From Lophium mytilinum (lineage: Eukaryota): a stretch of 64,000 nucleotides of DNA. Position 1 is the first letter of the stretch. Each line of letters opens with the position of its first letter. A model generated the notes under the pieces. The model was given only the letters and a program-made list of their open reading frames with translations. It was not told the DNA's origin and ran no database searches. Below, one piece after another: positions 12,785-26,453 of this stretch. The stretch is from assembly GCA_010093605.1 (NCBI GenBank), contig MU004191.1, positions 666,816-730,815 on the forward strand, given 5' to 3'. Made by a program: the position numbers and the translations under genes.

Positions 12785-14235
12785 TTTATTTGATCCTCCC
12801 GTGATACTTTTGTGTCCAGTGTTAGTGCCAATACTTCGTTTGTAGGTGCCTGAAATTTCGGCCGAGTGGAGAATACGAGGAAGGAAGCTTGTAGCTGCGG
12901 GAATCTTCTTGCGCAAGGTGATCGGGTCGTTCGGTGAATGGCGGACGGGCAGGGAGTGTCTAGAAGAGCTCTCGTACCTCTTTTCTTTCTGCAAAACCTT
13001 CTCCTAGACCGGTCAGCGGGATGTCTCTACGAGGCGCAGAGGAGGGGCGGCCGCGACAGCTTAGAGCAGCGCGGCGAGCAGAAGAAAGCGCGTACTCACA
13101 GTCTCCTATCCTTCCCTCGACGCAGCTTCAACCTTCCGCCTTTCAAACAGAGTGCTGGGAGTTTATAGGGATTGGTGGTCGAGGGTTGGTCAGGCGAGAG
13201 AGGAAAATGGGAAAGGCATTGGCATGGGGCGACCCATGGCCCGAGGTGCTTGTTTAGCGTTGGAGCAAATTCTTCTGCAGGCCACCAACCCGGCCTGTCG
13301 ACGGCGACGTGGAAGCGCCCGCTGCTGTGAGCTGTGCTTTGCTGTCTGTTCGCCACGCTGGCTGCTGGCGCCGCACCCGCGAGAGCCCAGGAGCTGGTGG
13401 AGCGGCGACTTGCCGCTCTGGTCGACGCTGGACGTGCTCCGCAGCACTATTGGGGGCTCGTTGTAGCCATAGCGGTTGACAGCAAGCGGGCAGAAAGGCC
13501 CCGGAAGCGTCATAGATGCGATATCCCCATTCCACCGGGCTGTTCGACGTCTCACACAGAGCCTCCCCGCCTCGGGCCACGTTCCGAGAAGGACCGGGAC
13601 GCTGCCTCGTGCGCCACTTTCTACCGTGGTTCTTCGATGAAGCCGCAGGGCCTTGGACCCCAACTTCCATCCGACCCCAGATCGATGCCCTCAGCACCCA
13701 GATCCGCAATCTGATTGGCTGGCAGTCCGGAGATTTGGGCGGTGCGTGCTCGAGTAAGGCTGCTCGGGATCTGGTCACTTCGGGGCAGGATATCAGGGCA
13801 TGCAGAGTCATGTGGCGGGAGGACAAGTGAGAGTTGCATGCAGGAACCCTTTGCGGAGCGGCACCCCAGACCATGGCCTGCACTGGTGCCCGAGGTGTCA
13901 CTGACCTAACCTGTGTGGGAGAGCCTTGATAACGGCCTGTTGTGCGCTCATGCAGCCGCTCCTGATTCGGGGGATTATGTGGTATTGTGCCATTTGTTGC
14001 CCTTGTTATTGGTGGGAGCGCGCCATTTATGTGCATGTATACTTGAGTGGTTCAAAGGACGGTTGATAAGCAGTTGGCGACAGTAGCACATGTTGGATCT
14101 CCAGAACTGAAAACTTCATATTCATGCAGCAGTACATCTATATCCGTACGCCGTGTGTTTTAATCGACCTCTTGGTCGCATCATTTGAATTCGTCAATCG
14201 ACCCAGGAACCATTCTCTGCTCTATAGTGTTGGAC

Positions 14236-15870
14236 CTACTCATCCTTTTCGATGACTGCCGGCGCCTTGATAGTGCGGTCCTTGAGGAAGTCGAGTCCTT
14301 CGCCGCCCTGAAAGAACATTAGCAATGATTCTGGACTGCGTAGGGAGCATAGTAGACTTACGTAGCTGATCAACGGCGAAACTTCAACGCCAGTATCATC
14401 GCCCTCGCTCACAACCACACCACCTGCAGCCTGTACCCATTTGGCACCCTGCGTCAGGATGTCCTTCTTGCTAGTATCCGGATCGTCCTCCCCGGTGCCT
14501 CGAGCATTCTTCAGCGGCGAAAACTCATCCTCACGCTTCACCTCCATGCATGCAAACTTGTCCATCGTTAGGAACGGGAAGCAATCGAAGACAAACTGCT
14601 CGAGCTTGATCCCATTCGGCTTCTCCGGCTTGACCGTCTCGCCCTTCTCGGTATCCACGTAGGGGATCTTCTTCCTGGCGACGTGGTGAGGCAGCCGCTT
14701 CGACCATTCCGGGATGCTCTCGAGGAAACGGTACGAGTAGTAGTGGTTGACGATGTTGGCGGCCCTGAACTTGAGTAGGTCGTGCTTATTAGGATCCTTC
14801 GCCTCAGCAGTTGCTGCATCGATCTCAGAGTACTCAACAACGTCTGGTTTGCCGTTCTTTTGTAGGATAAGTCCGACGGACTCTTTGGCGTTGCGCTTCC
14901 GGACGACCTTGGTTGCAATGTCCACGTCCTTCGAAGCTGCGAAGCCGATGAACACGGGGTCGGCGACCTTGACTAGGCAGTTGTCGACACAGTATGCATG
15001 GATGTGCTTGATGCCTCGCTTTCCCATGTCGGCGACAACGCCCGAGGAGATGAGGGCTTGGTAGAGACCACCGTTTCCGTCTGGTGCGACAGCGAGCTAC
15101 AACACCAGTTAGTAGATTGTAGGAAGCTTTGCTTTCCGCTGAGTACGTACCTTGGACTTGCTCTCAAGCAAGATCTTGCCATCATTGGAGATGCAGGGCA
15201 GCACGCCTTGCTCAAACACAACCACGTCCTCCTTCTCAAGACCAAAGAAGTTGTTCTCGCTCAAAAACTTCTCCGTAGGGCCTCGAGTTGGTCCACTAGT
15301 CATCACGTACCAGGGCACAGTGACGTGCTCCTTGCCGTGCTTCTTCTTCGCCAATTGCTGAACCTTGTAGATTCTCTCAGCCTGGAGCTGAAAGAGGGAC
15401 TTCTGGCTGGGCAGTCCAATGTCATAGCACCCCTTCGGTGCACTGCTTCCCAGCCGCGTGCCCTGGCCTCCTGCCATTAGCACAACGGCCACAGTGTTGT
15501 CCGCAATCAGCTCCAGCCCCGAGTTGTACCATTTTGTGAGGTCTTCGTCTTTCGAGTCGAGGATCGAGGAGGTCGCATTGTCGGGAAGGGGGTCGAGGGT
15601 CGGCTCGGCGTCTTTGGCTTCTGTCTTTGGCGGGTTCAGGGCTTTGTCGGCTAGCTCGTTGATGTAGGTAGGGTCGAATTTGGAGATCTGCTCGTAGAGA
15701 GCTGCTTTCTGGGCGGTGTCTAGCTCATCGTAGAACGCGAAGACTTGGCCTTGGCCGGCCTTGTCGTACTTCTCCCTGAGCTCCTTGACCTGTTCCTCGC
15801 CAGGCTCTTTCACGCTGTCAGAGTGGCCGGAAAGATGCAGCTTCTCAGCTAGGGTATTGAGGGCCTGCAT
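14236..15870 (-). CDS. UAP1: UDP-N-acetylglucosamine pyrophosphorylase
   Basis: [64 protein letters not shown]; two introns. Confidence 0.95.
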
Positions 15871-16296
15871 GGCTATGATGCAACTTTGGCGGGGTATACG
15901 GCTGAAGAACTTGGAATTGAATTATAAAGGCAGAATGAGAACAGTCGGGCTCTTGAGCTGATGATTGAGTATGTAGTGGGTTCCTGAAGGGAATTGGTCT
16001 TTATGTGTAGTCAGTGTCAGACAACAAGAGCTGAAGGAGGTTCGAGACACCAAACCCCTTGAGGTGGGGATCGTGGCGCAAGCTCAGCCAGAATGCTGCA
16101 TTTGCCTCTCACCGTCCCTTGCGTCAGCACGGGCACCCCATGTCAAAGCATTTAGCGCAAAATCACTAAAAATAGGTAATGTAATTCGCCATCCATTCGC
16201 TAGTCGGGAAGGTTCTTCGCGAAATATATGTATTATAGATATTGGGTGGCGGTGAAGCTGATCGCTACGCTTCGCACTCTAAAAAACTACAGCCTC

Positions 16297-17675
16297 TTAC
16301 GCAGAATGCCCATTGACCTCCCCATTCACCGGAGTCTCATCGGCAGGTTTCAGAGATCTTGAAGGTGCTGGGTTCAAGATCGATGCCGCGTCGATCAGCC
16401 GAGCTGCTGGGTTTAGCTCCAGTCCAAACCCAGGCTTGTCGAGGTCCGATACATTGAGGAAGCCTTTCGTGGGGATGGGTTCGTTGAGGAAGAGGTCTCC
16501 AAATACTGGCAGCACCGATTTACCGTCGGGCGAGTTTGCCAGGTACTCTTGGAAGGGCGAATTCGCCTGCGAGACGACGAAATGATAGCTGTACGGTCCG
16601 CTGGCATGGGGCACCACGGGGATGTCGTATGCAGATGCCATTGCAGCAACCTTCAGCAGTTCCGTCATGCCTCCTACCCACATCACATCCGGCTGGAGAA
16701 TGTCCAAGTTGCGGCTTTCAATTAGCTTTCGAAACCCGTACCTCGAGTACTCGTGTTCTCCAGTAGTGAACTTCATCCGGGGATGGGCACGCTTGATCTG
16801 TTCGAATCCGTCCGAGTCATCGGGGGACAAGCACTCTTCCCACCAGTTGATGTTGAACTCCTCACACGCCTTGACCACCTCGATGGTGTAGGGAACGTTC
16901 AAGCTCATATAGCAGTCCACCATCAGAGGGAAGTCGGGACCAACGCTTTCCCGGTGCTTGCGCAAGAATTCTACGTTCTTCTTGAGGCCCTCAACGCCCT
17001 CCCCTGGTCCATACGGAAGGGGGACTTTGGCTCCGAAGAATCCCATGGCCTTCGCAGCTGCCGGTTCCGGGCCGGTACAATAGAAGTCTAGCCTTTCCCG
17101 GGTGGCACCACCTATCATCTTGTATACGGGCTCGTTCCTAATCTTCCCAAGCAGATCCCAGATGGCCAAGTCAATGACCGAGATCACGGCCACGGGTAGT
17201 CCCTTCCGTCCATAAAACATGGACGCCCGATACATCTGCTCGAACAGGTGGTTGGTGTCTCTCGGATCTACGGGCATTGCGTCAGAAAATGACCACATCG
17301 GCGGGTGTATATCGACAAAAGTGGCACGTGAAGGAAGTAAATGAACCCACCAGCGCCAATGAGAAACCGTTCAAAGTGCTCTGCTACAAGCCAGCATGCA
17401 GGAGGCCCTCCAAACCCGGTAGCGAAGCCTTTTGTACCATCGGTGGCTTCGAGCTCTACACAGAATGACCCCAGCACATTGATGCCCCAGCTTGTCCGGG
17501 ACTTCCGATACTGCTCGTACTGTGACATGGGCGTCGAGATCTTCGAGTCTATCAACCAATGGCCTCCTTTGACATTGTGGTAGTCTCCGCCAGAGCCAGG
17601 CCCTTGCGTGATGAATGTTCGGATCGCCTTGATGGTCGGGAAGCTTCGCACGCCTGAAGACGCGGAGGACGGCAT
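16297..17675 (-). CDS. lraC: L-rhamnonate dehydratase (enolase superfamily)
   Basis: GGDYHNVKGGHWLID, SRTSWGINVLG, LMVDCYMSL, WWEECLSPDD, GEHEYSRYGF, DILQPDVMWVGG, VVPHASGPYS; one intron. Confidence 0.9.
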
Positions 17676-18081
17676 TGTCGATCTGCGGAGATACCCACGC
17701 AATACTTAGATGAAGGAAGGGCTGTGGAAAGAGGAGACGGTGGGCTGAGCTTCACGGGTTGCTTCAGTATGGTGGTACCTAGTACCCGGATACACGACGG
17801 CAGCGTCCATGTCTTTATATCGGGACAATGATGTCCTCTCGGGCAGTATTGCTGCGCTGCGATGAGCAGCGGGTGCTACAGTTAGTCTAGGCCCCATGGA
17901 CGAGTGGAGGAATCACAACGGTGCGTTTAGAGGAGTCTCATGTCATGCCCCATCAATGAGGCCGGCCGGCAGCTGTCGAGTGCTAGCTCTGGCCGATCCC
18001 CGCCTACCTCGGGTCATCTCCAACAGCGAGATATCCCGCGCAACGAGCTCTCTTCGCAAAAACAAAGCAGCAGTCTCCCAA

Positions 18082-20650
18082 ATGGACTTGGGCGCCGTTC
18101 TCGCCGGCCACCAGGCCTACGGAAGCCCGGAGTCCAGCTCTCTTCCAAAACTCTCCCAGCAGTCTCCGCCCGACGACGATGACCAGGACAATTGGAGTGG
18201 TGGAGAGGGCTCCAGTGCCGGTGGCGGAACACAGAATGGCTCCTCCGGCAAACGAAAGCGCCCCATGAGCGTGTCTTGCGAACTTTGTAAGACTCGAAAA
18301 GTAAAATGCGACCGAGGACAGCCCAGTTGCGGATGGTGTGTCAAGAACACCCATATCTGCGAGTACAAGCAGCGAAAAAAGCCGGGTCTCAGAGCCGGCT
18401 ATGGGAGGGAGCTTGAAGCTCGTCTGGGTGCGTTGATCCTTGAGTCTCTCCAATTTCTTCCCCACAAATTCCCCGGATTGAGGCGCGCAAGGTCTTAGAA
18501 CACTTGGTGTCTGATCGTTCACACTTCGCAATTTCAGTTTCGAAGCTTCAAAATTCTCTGTACAATGCCTCTGGACGATGCTGACTTGCAAGTGCAGATC
18601 GGCTGGAAGATATCATTCAAAAACAACAGAATCAAATCAGCCAATTGTCAAGCCACAGCAACCCTCCGTCTCACTCTTCTCCACCGCAAGAGTCGTCGCT
18701 GTTCAGGAGTCCGCCGATGATACACACGCCCCATATCCCACGCCCTGAAACTGCCCTCTTCATACAAAAGCCTTCGACTTTCCCCTCTCAGCCCTCCTTA
18801 CAATCTGACTTTGGTTACACGGCGCCCATACCCCAATCGCCATTCGAGACGGACCGATTCGCAGGTTCAGCGATACATCAGCCAATAGCGCAGCAGAGCG
18901 ACAATGGCTTCCCACCTTACGATCTTCTATACGGTCTGGCCGACCTGTTCTTCAAGCATATCAACACGTGGTGTCCGATATTGCATCGCCCGAGTACCTT
19001 GAACTCCCTATTCGGGCCCTCCAGTCTCGAGGAAGCGGACCGCATTCTATTACATGCCATCGTGGCCACCACGTTACGGTTCTCGACTGATCCTCGGCTT
19101 ACTCCGGAGAATCGCGAGCGGTACCATCAGACATCCAAAGAGAAAGTACTTCTATATGGGCTCGAAAACAGCTCAGTGAAGTCCCTTCAGGCTATGGTCA
19201 TCCTCGCATTGGATCTGGTTGGATGCTCAAACGGGCCTCCCGGATGGAATTTGCTCGCTTTGATCACACGTTCTGTGGTACAACTAGGCCTAGCGACTGA
19301 GTCCAGCTCACCTATGGTTGCTCCTCAGCTTGCATCTATCTATACATTAAGAGCGATGGTCTTGCCAGAACCAAAAGACTGGATTGACGAAGAGAGTCGC
19401 CGGCGCCTCTTCTGGGCAGTTTACATCCTTGATCGCTACGCCACGATCGCCACCGCCTTCGACTTTGCCCTAGACGAAAAGGAGATAGATCGCAGGCTCC
19501 CCTGTCGAGATGATCTCTTTGGCCGCAACATGTCTGTAGAAACGAGATGGTTCGCGACACCTGAACGAACGGACTCTTCTGTGGACAAAGCAGAGAATCT
19601 GGGATCTTTCTCCTATTATGTTGAGATCATCGGCATACTCTCAAGAATTCACAAATTCTTGAAGAAGCCGGTTGACATTACATCGCTTTCCAGCGTTGAG
19701 GGTTGGCAGACCGAATACCGCGACCTCGACCGTGAGATTGAAACGTGGAAATACAACCTACCAAGCGAGTACGGGAATGCTGCTCGGCTCTTTTCGGCTT
19801 CAGGAACGAACAAGCTTGCGAATAGCGGTTGGGTGATGCTTCACACAGCTTACCATACGTTAGTACTTCCAGCTCCGTCTACATTTTCAAGGTCTTGGTA
19901 GTATACAGGACCTTCAACTAACCATGAACCAGGGCTGTGATTCGGTTGCACTCATCTGCTGCATACCCTACCCATCGATCTCCAATCTTCACACCATCCT
20001 TCAGCGCAAGCCAGCGATGTCTCAGCGCCGTCGAAAACATCACTACTCTATGCGGGTACGTGAACGAAAACAACATGCTGACCAAGCTGGGGCCGCCATT
20101 TGCGTTTTCCCTTTGGGTCGCAGCTCGTGTGCTACTTGTCCATGGCTCCACCATCGACCACCAAGTCAATCCCTCAATCCACCTTCTCGTGAGCACCCTG
20201 CGAGAAATGGGACGCTACTGGGAGGTCGGGAGCAGATACGGCAATCTGCTTTCACGTGTCCTGCAAGAATACCAAGACTCGCAGAGAGCACCGGCTGGTT
20301 TCAACGGAGAGAGAGCCACGCCATCGACTGTGAAGATTCTGGCAGACATGCGCCGCTGTGCGTTCGACTTGGACTTCCTGATATCCCGCCAACCCAAGCA
20401 CGCCGCAACTAGGGCTCCGTCCATCACCCCGGCTCGGACGCCGGCTCCTAATGAACTGGAGTATCTCGACGTGTTCGATTTCTTCAACATGCCGCGGCTT
20501 CCCGTCTCGATGGATGGGCCCATGAGCTTCGCGAATGGTGCGGTGGCAGATCAGTTGCAGGTTCCAGACGGTGGGCCGAGCAATGAGTTCAATATCACGA
20601 ATTTCATGGTTGATGCTAATTCTGATTGGTTCATGAAGAATCAGACTTGA
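18082..20650 (+). CDS. rhaR: Zn(II)2Cys6 transcription factor with fungal-specific TF domain, probable L-rhamnose regulator RhaR/PDR-1
   Basis: CELCKTRKVKCDRGQPSCGWCVKNTHIC cluster; middle homology region EESRRRLFWAVYILDRY; introns 18428-18597 and 19859-19932. It is divergent from lraC, matching the known rhaR-lraC linkage; the symbol rests partly on synteny. Confidence 0.75.
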
Positions 20651-21399
20651 GGTAGTGTATCCCGGAAGACACAACCTTCAGAGGTCTTTAGTGCGATCTC
20701 CTTAATGAGTAGATACCCATGCCTGCAACCCAAAAACCGTATTCTCGTCAGCCTCTGAATCACTTCGTGCAGTCAGATCCTATGGGTCACATCCTTTCCG
20801 TCCCGCGCCTCATTTATAGAGCCGTTTTGGTTACATCGTGGATTCAATTCTACGGTATGACTGGGGGTACCTCAAAAATACACATGCATCCGCAGATCTG
20901 CTTCTACTTGCGCTCAATTTACGGCCCGTTGCAAAATAACCCTTTTTCATATCGTCCTATTCCGCACGTCCAAGCCACAGCCTCACGTCTTCACATCTTA
21001 GTCTCTGTTTCATAGTACATCTTGGGGGTCCCAGAAGGTACCTGTGCATCCACAGCCCCGTACGTTCTCATGCTCAATCCAAGATTGTTGTCAATTTCAT
21101 ACTATGTTCCGTCATTGGGCGCCGCACGCTTGAGACACAATCTCCGGTCTATGACATCTCAGTTCCAGGTTCAAGATACATTCGGGGGGATCCTGACGAG
21201 ACACCTTCGTGCGCAGATATCGTCCTACGTACGTTTAACTTACGCGCCGTGTCCTTTACCAAGCTAATCACGATGTAAGTGTAGAGGCAGTAGATACCAG
21301 ACTCTCCTTTGCCTAACCGACTACCTTCCAGCCAGGCCGCCCCTTACAGCGTCATCACACTCGTAAAAGCAAAACCCAAATAGTCCTATATCCCCCTCC

Positions 21400-23019
21400 C
21401 TACTTCTCCGCCCCCTCCAAAGCCCCCACCTGCAACTCCCCAAACCTCGACCACTCCACCCTAAACCTGCACCCATTCTCTTCCAACGCCTGCAGCTCCC
21501 CCGGAAACCTCCTCAAAAATCCGACATCATACTCCCACACCGCCCGCAACCCCACAAACTCCAACCTCTCACACCTCGCATCCAACTCCTCAAGCACCCC
21601 CTTCCACCTCCCCTCCCCAACCAACTCCACCCGATCCAGCGTCACCGCCCTCAAACTCCCGCTATGCGCCGTCAGCAGCATCACAATATACTCCGCCGAC
21701 TGCACCCCGTCCAGCCGGATACTCAGCCGCTCGATCCCCGACGGCGTCTCGATCAGCCCCTCAAACAACGGGTACACGTCCTCCAGCCGGTCCGGGTGCC
21801 GGCGGCGCACGCGCGGCGGCGGGCCGCGGAACGTGAGGTCGACGTGCTTGAGCGCCGCGGAGGCTCGCAGCAGCTCCGTCAGCGCGTCGATATCCGTGCG
21901 CTGCGCCGTGCACGCGTAGTCGAGCTGCACGCGGAGGGTGTGGAGGTGCGCGAGCGAGGTTGCCGGGTGCGTGAAGCGGCGGAGGAGGGCGACGGCGCGC
22001 GCGGGGGGGCTGCCGGTCATTTTGTCCTCGCCCCAGGCCTGCGTGAGGGTCTCGAGCTGTGTGCCGGAGGACTCGATGGCGGCGGTGATGCGGAGGGTGG
22101 CGGTGGTGGCTTGGCCGCGGAGGTCGGCGTAGATGCTGTGGTGGGTGGGGGACAGTTTGGGTTTGGCTTTTGGTTGCTTGGGCATCTGGGGGAGGGTGAG
22201 CTGCCAGATGCGGTCGAAGAGGGCGCGGTCGGTGGGCGCGGTGAGCCAGCCGCGGAGGTGGGTTTTGTGCTCGCCGATCCAGTCTGCGGAGTCGATTCGG
22301 AGGGAGCGGAGGCGGGGGAGGGCTTTGAGCGCGTTGGCGAAGGTGGTGGAGCCGTAGGTGGAGTTATGGAAGTAGTGTTGGCCGTGGCATGCGACTTCGT
22401 ACTTCTTGATGAGCAGGCGGAAGGCGGGGATGCACTCGACGATGGAGACGGGGATGAGGGTTGCCATGGTCTTGAGGAAGCTGTGTATGCTCCTGTCGCC
22501 GCGGCCGTTTTTGTCAACCACGCGGCCGTGTTGCCAGTCTTCGAAGGTTCCGGTCCCGAAGGCGAGATGGGTGATGTAAGGAGCAAGCTGAGGGATGGCG
22601 GATATCCTGGTCAGATCTTCTATGTCTTCTGGGATGACTCGGAATTGCAGATCGCCCAGTAGCTTGCCAAAAGACTTCCAGCTGGCATCCCGCAACCCGC
22701 ATGATTGCTGACGGAGATTCAAGATGTCGCGCCGCGAGGACATGGAGAGTGACATCCAGGCATACTGCCGTGCTCGTGGATAGGGCTGTACTACCCTCTT
22801 CGTTGGCTGAGTAGGAGCTTCCTCTAGGTAGCCTACGATCATCATCTTTAGTTCTAGGGGAAGCCCGTCTAGAGTAGCGGAGGCATTCCGCGTAGGTAAA
22901 GCTAGGTGGAGGGATTGGAGTTCGGAATTGCTTCGAAGCCGCTTTGCTGGACAGGTAGAGAGCGATTCATCTGGGCATTTACGCTTGCGAGAGGGTGGGT
23001 CGCAATCCATGGGGTCCAT
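21400..23019 (-). CDS. F-box-like / LRR-like hypothetical protein
   Basis: Long ORF; LDGLPLELKMMIVGYL F-box-like motif; C-terminal LxxLxL repeats. Confidence 0.7.
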   Translation of the reverse strand: MDPMDCDPPSRKRKCPDESLSTCPAKRLRSNSELQSLHLALPTRNASATLDGLPLELKMMIVGYLEEAPTQPTKRVVQPYPRARQYAWMSLSMSSRRDILNLRQQSCGLRDASWKSFGKLLGDLQFRVIPEDIEDLTRISAIPQLAPYITHLAFGTGTFEDWQHGRVVDKNGRGDRSIHSFLKTMATLIPVSIVECIPAFRLLIKKYEVACHGQHYFHNSTYGSTTFANALKALPRLRSLRIDSADWIGEHKTHLRGWLTAPTDRALFDRIWQLTLPQMPKQPKAKPKLSPTHHSIYADLRGQATTATLRITAAIESSGTQLETLTQAWGEDKMTGSPPARAVALLRRFTHPATSLAHLHTLRVQLDYACTAQRTDIDALTELLRASAALKHVDLTFRGPPPRVRRRHPDRLEDVYPLFEGLIETPSGIERLSIRLDGVQSAEYIVMLLTAHSGSLRAVTLDRVELVGEGRWKGVLEELDARCERLEFVGLRAVWEYDVGFLRRFPGELQALEENGCRFRVEWSRFGELQVGALEGAEK

Positions 23020-23337
23020 ATCTAGCGTCTGCAGTGATGCTTGTGTTTGAGGAGGCGGATATAGGTGGGTGTGTGTTTTGAGGTGGAGAGAAAAATATTG
23101 ACTGATGGAATGATAGTCACGTTTGAATGAGTGCGCTGGTGTTATTGAAAGCCGGAACAATAGTGACTCCACCGCCCAGGCGACTTCAAGGTGAGGTATT
23201 GATCACGTGATTTTCAAAAGCCTGTGAATGAATTCAGAGAAAGATGGGATTACTTACTATACACGAAAGAGGAAGATGATTGCATTTCATTCAAAGGAAT
23301 TCATTTCGCTACCAACTTTTGCCTCCATCTCAGACGT

Positions 23338-26300
23338 CTACGACCAACTCAACTCCCACCCGCTCTTCCAGGCGCCCCCTTTCGTCAATTCTTCTAGCCC
23401 AGTAATGCTCAGCACCTTACTCTTCCCATCATACGTCGCCCCCTTTACCGCCTTCCCGTTCAGTTCAACATCTCCACTGCACGCCTCTACTCCCAGCACT
23501 GTAACGTTTGCCAAAGCAATCGCATCCTCAAACTTGCCCTCCACCTGCACCTTCAAGCTCCCCTTCGCAGCTTCAAACCCAACGTCCAGCGTCGCTTCAG
23601 GGGCCACGCTCTCGCCATCATCAACATACAAACTCCCTTCTGCGCTCCCCTGCGCATCAAGTGCCACTATAAGCCCCCACGGATTCCCCCTACTCTCCTT
23701 GGTCGTGTACCCCGGCTCCTGCGTCGGCAAGATCGCACCACCGCGGATATAGACAGGGATATGACCGAGCGGTGCCTCGATAGTCACGTTTTCGCCTGCC
23801 TTAGCGTCAACGGCCGTTTGGGAGTACCAGTCGTACCATACCGTGTCCGGGACACCGGGGAAGACACCACCGACGCTCGTCGCGCCCTGCTCTAGCACCG
23901 GCACGACCATGAGCGACGGCCCGAGGAGGAACTGGCGATCTGCGTTCGCGAGGGCGGGTTCGTTCGGGAACTCCCACGCGAGCGCGCGCATAACAGTATC
24001 ACCACTTGTGTGTGCAGCGTGGAAAAGCGTGTAGAGATACGGCAGCAACGAGTACCTAATCTGCATCGCCGTCTTCGTGGCCTCGGTAACCGACGCCCAG
24101 ATATACGGCTCCTGCGAGATGGCGCTGAGGACGTTATGGTTGCGGTAGAAGGGGAAGAAGGCGGAGAGCTGCATCCAGCGGTTGCAGAGCTCCTCGTCGG
24201 AGTTGCCGTTGAAGCCGCACGTGTCGACGCCGAACATGGGGATGCCGAAGAGCGAGAAGGAGAGGGCTTGCGGGATCGAGAAGTACATGTAGTACCATTT
24301 CGAGGCGTTGTCGCCGCCCCAGTGGCCTGCCCATTTACCGGAGCCGGCGAAGGTGGAGCGGCCGATTATGAAGGGGCGTTTTTTGGGGAAGACGGCGAGG
24401 AGGCCTTGGTAGGTTGCGTTCAGGATCTGGTGGCTGTGGTGGTGTAAGTGGATGTTCTAGTTGTTTGGAAGGGGCAATTACCCGAAGAGGTTGTGGACGT
24501 CGTATTCCTCGATTCCATCGTGGTGAGTAGCATTTGGAGAAACGGCGTGCACAGCTAAATCGCCTTGCACATTGTTGATAACATACGGAGGGTGGTTGAC
24601 GTTCCTGACGCCCGGAGTTGGCGTCGTGCGGAGATAATCGGGGGTAGTCGAAGAGCTTGTAATGACTGCTGTGGCAGTAGCGGTAGCAGATGCGGCGCTC
24701 GAAGAAGCTGCTGAGACCGACGCTGCCTCGGTGGAGTTCGTGATATTGAAACCCTCTGGATAATCGTAGACGATGTTTCCGGGTTCGCCAGGCAAAGAAA
24801 AGGGTGGATGCACAGGATTCAAAGTGACATTTCCAGAACCGCAGCTACCGACGCAGAACGAGGAGACTTCAGACATATCGATCCAGATGCCGTCGAACTG
24901 GATGTTTTTATGCCATTGCACCCTGGACTTGCTATTAGTAATCTATGTATGTGAACTACTGCATTTCTGATCTTACATCTCGTTGGACCACCATGGCACT
25001 GAATCATCACAATGCCAGTCTGGGAAGACTGTATACCCCGGCCAGACGGCACCGATATACTGGCTCCCGTCAGGGTTCATCAAAAACACGTTCGAATCAT
25101 TGCCTCTGGTATACACGCCATACGCATCGCTAGCGTTGTTAGGATTCGGGATATAAATCGCAGAGTCGACGATCGGCACATAGTGCTGACCATTCGCATG
25201 CAGCTGAGAAAGAAATTTTTGCCCCTCAGAGACCGAGAATGTGTTCTCATCATTCGTGAAATCTCTGTACTGGTCCATGTAGTCGATATCCGTCCAGATA
25301 GTCTCTAGCGGAATATCGAACTTCTTGAATGTCTCCACCACCTCGTTGAGTTGGGTCCAGTTCTTATAGCCCCATCGACACTGGTGATACCCGAAGGCAA
25401 AGTACTGTTGCATGGCTGGGAGGCCAATGGCTCCAGTCTGGTAGGCCTTGGTGACCTCTGCTTGGCTCGGCCCATCGAAGAAGAACAAGTCAATGCTTCC
25501 GCCGAGGGTCCTCCAGGTGACGTTCTCAGCCCTCAGAAGGACTTCTTGGCCATGGGCATTTCGAAGGTATGTACCATGAGAGTAAGATTCGTATTCCTTG
25601 CTGGGATCAGTCGCGTTACTCGTGACTAGAGTCTTCTTGCCATCCGAGTCGACTTCGAAGTAGCGGGTGTCTAGGTAGAACGGTTGACTGCCATAGATGT
25701 TGTAGTCAATTGGATCGCCAACATCTGCGGCATAAATCGTAGCCGTATAGTTGTTACCAAGCCTCAATCCGTGAATGTGCTCCCCAAGTCCGTACAGGTT
25801 GTAATTTTCCGGAAGAGAGGACACGAATTCGATGAATTGGTCTTCGTAAACCAAAACACTGCCCTTGGAGCTATAAATTACGTCTCCGGTAGACTTCCGC
25901 GTCACAGTGAACGAGAACGTGGGATCATTGCTCCATGAGAACTGCAAATCATGGTCCTTGATGTCTGATTTGTAGTCTGAATCCCTTGAGGGCCGAGGAA
26001 CCAACTGCTCCGACAGAATGTAATGAGATGAGTTGGACGCATCCTAGCATCTGTGAGCAATCGGTAAACAAGTGGGTTCAACTGGTAATAGGCGCTTACC
26101 ACGTTAGAGGGATATATGTTGACAGACAGCCGTTGCGCAGACTGATATTCCACAGCCAAAGAGAGGGTCTCCACATCCGTGCCGTAGACGTTGCAGGCCT
26201 TGCCCGCCAGTGTCAGGGAAGCAGACAGTCCGTAGTCGTTTGTCTGCACATTTGATGCCGTGTACCCTGGGCAAACCGTCTGCACATCAACCGCTTGCGG

Positions 26301-26453
26301 ATCTTGAATATTCGGAATTAAGAGGGCACCATTCCCTGCTGAAGCTGGAACCGTGAAGATTGTCCTGAAAGGGCTTGTCGAGGTCTGTCCAGAAACAAGG
26401 ATTAGAAACGAAGACAGCAAGACAGCTGCCACCCTGGAAGGAGACCACGCCAT
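23338..26453 (-). CDS. Secreted GH31 alpha-glucosidase (AgdA-like)
   Basis: Signal peptide; LYGLGE, WRTLGGSIDL, GYHQCRWGY, WTDIDYM, nucleophile motif GIWIDMSE, HWGGDN, GVDTCGFNGN, RWMQLSAFFPFYRNHN; three introns. Confidence 0.95.

Noticed and set aside
13096..14036. Several overlapping 100-260 aa ORFs in GC-rich DNA upstream of GIS2
   Set aside because: No recognisable domains and ORFs in most frames on both strands; best explained as GC-rich promoter/UTR sequence.
18428..18597. Long rhaR intron with an internal CTGAT..CAG, considered as a stwintron
   Set aside because: Removing the internal unit leaves a poor donor and breaks the frame. A single intron gives the correct LDRLE reading.
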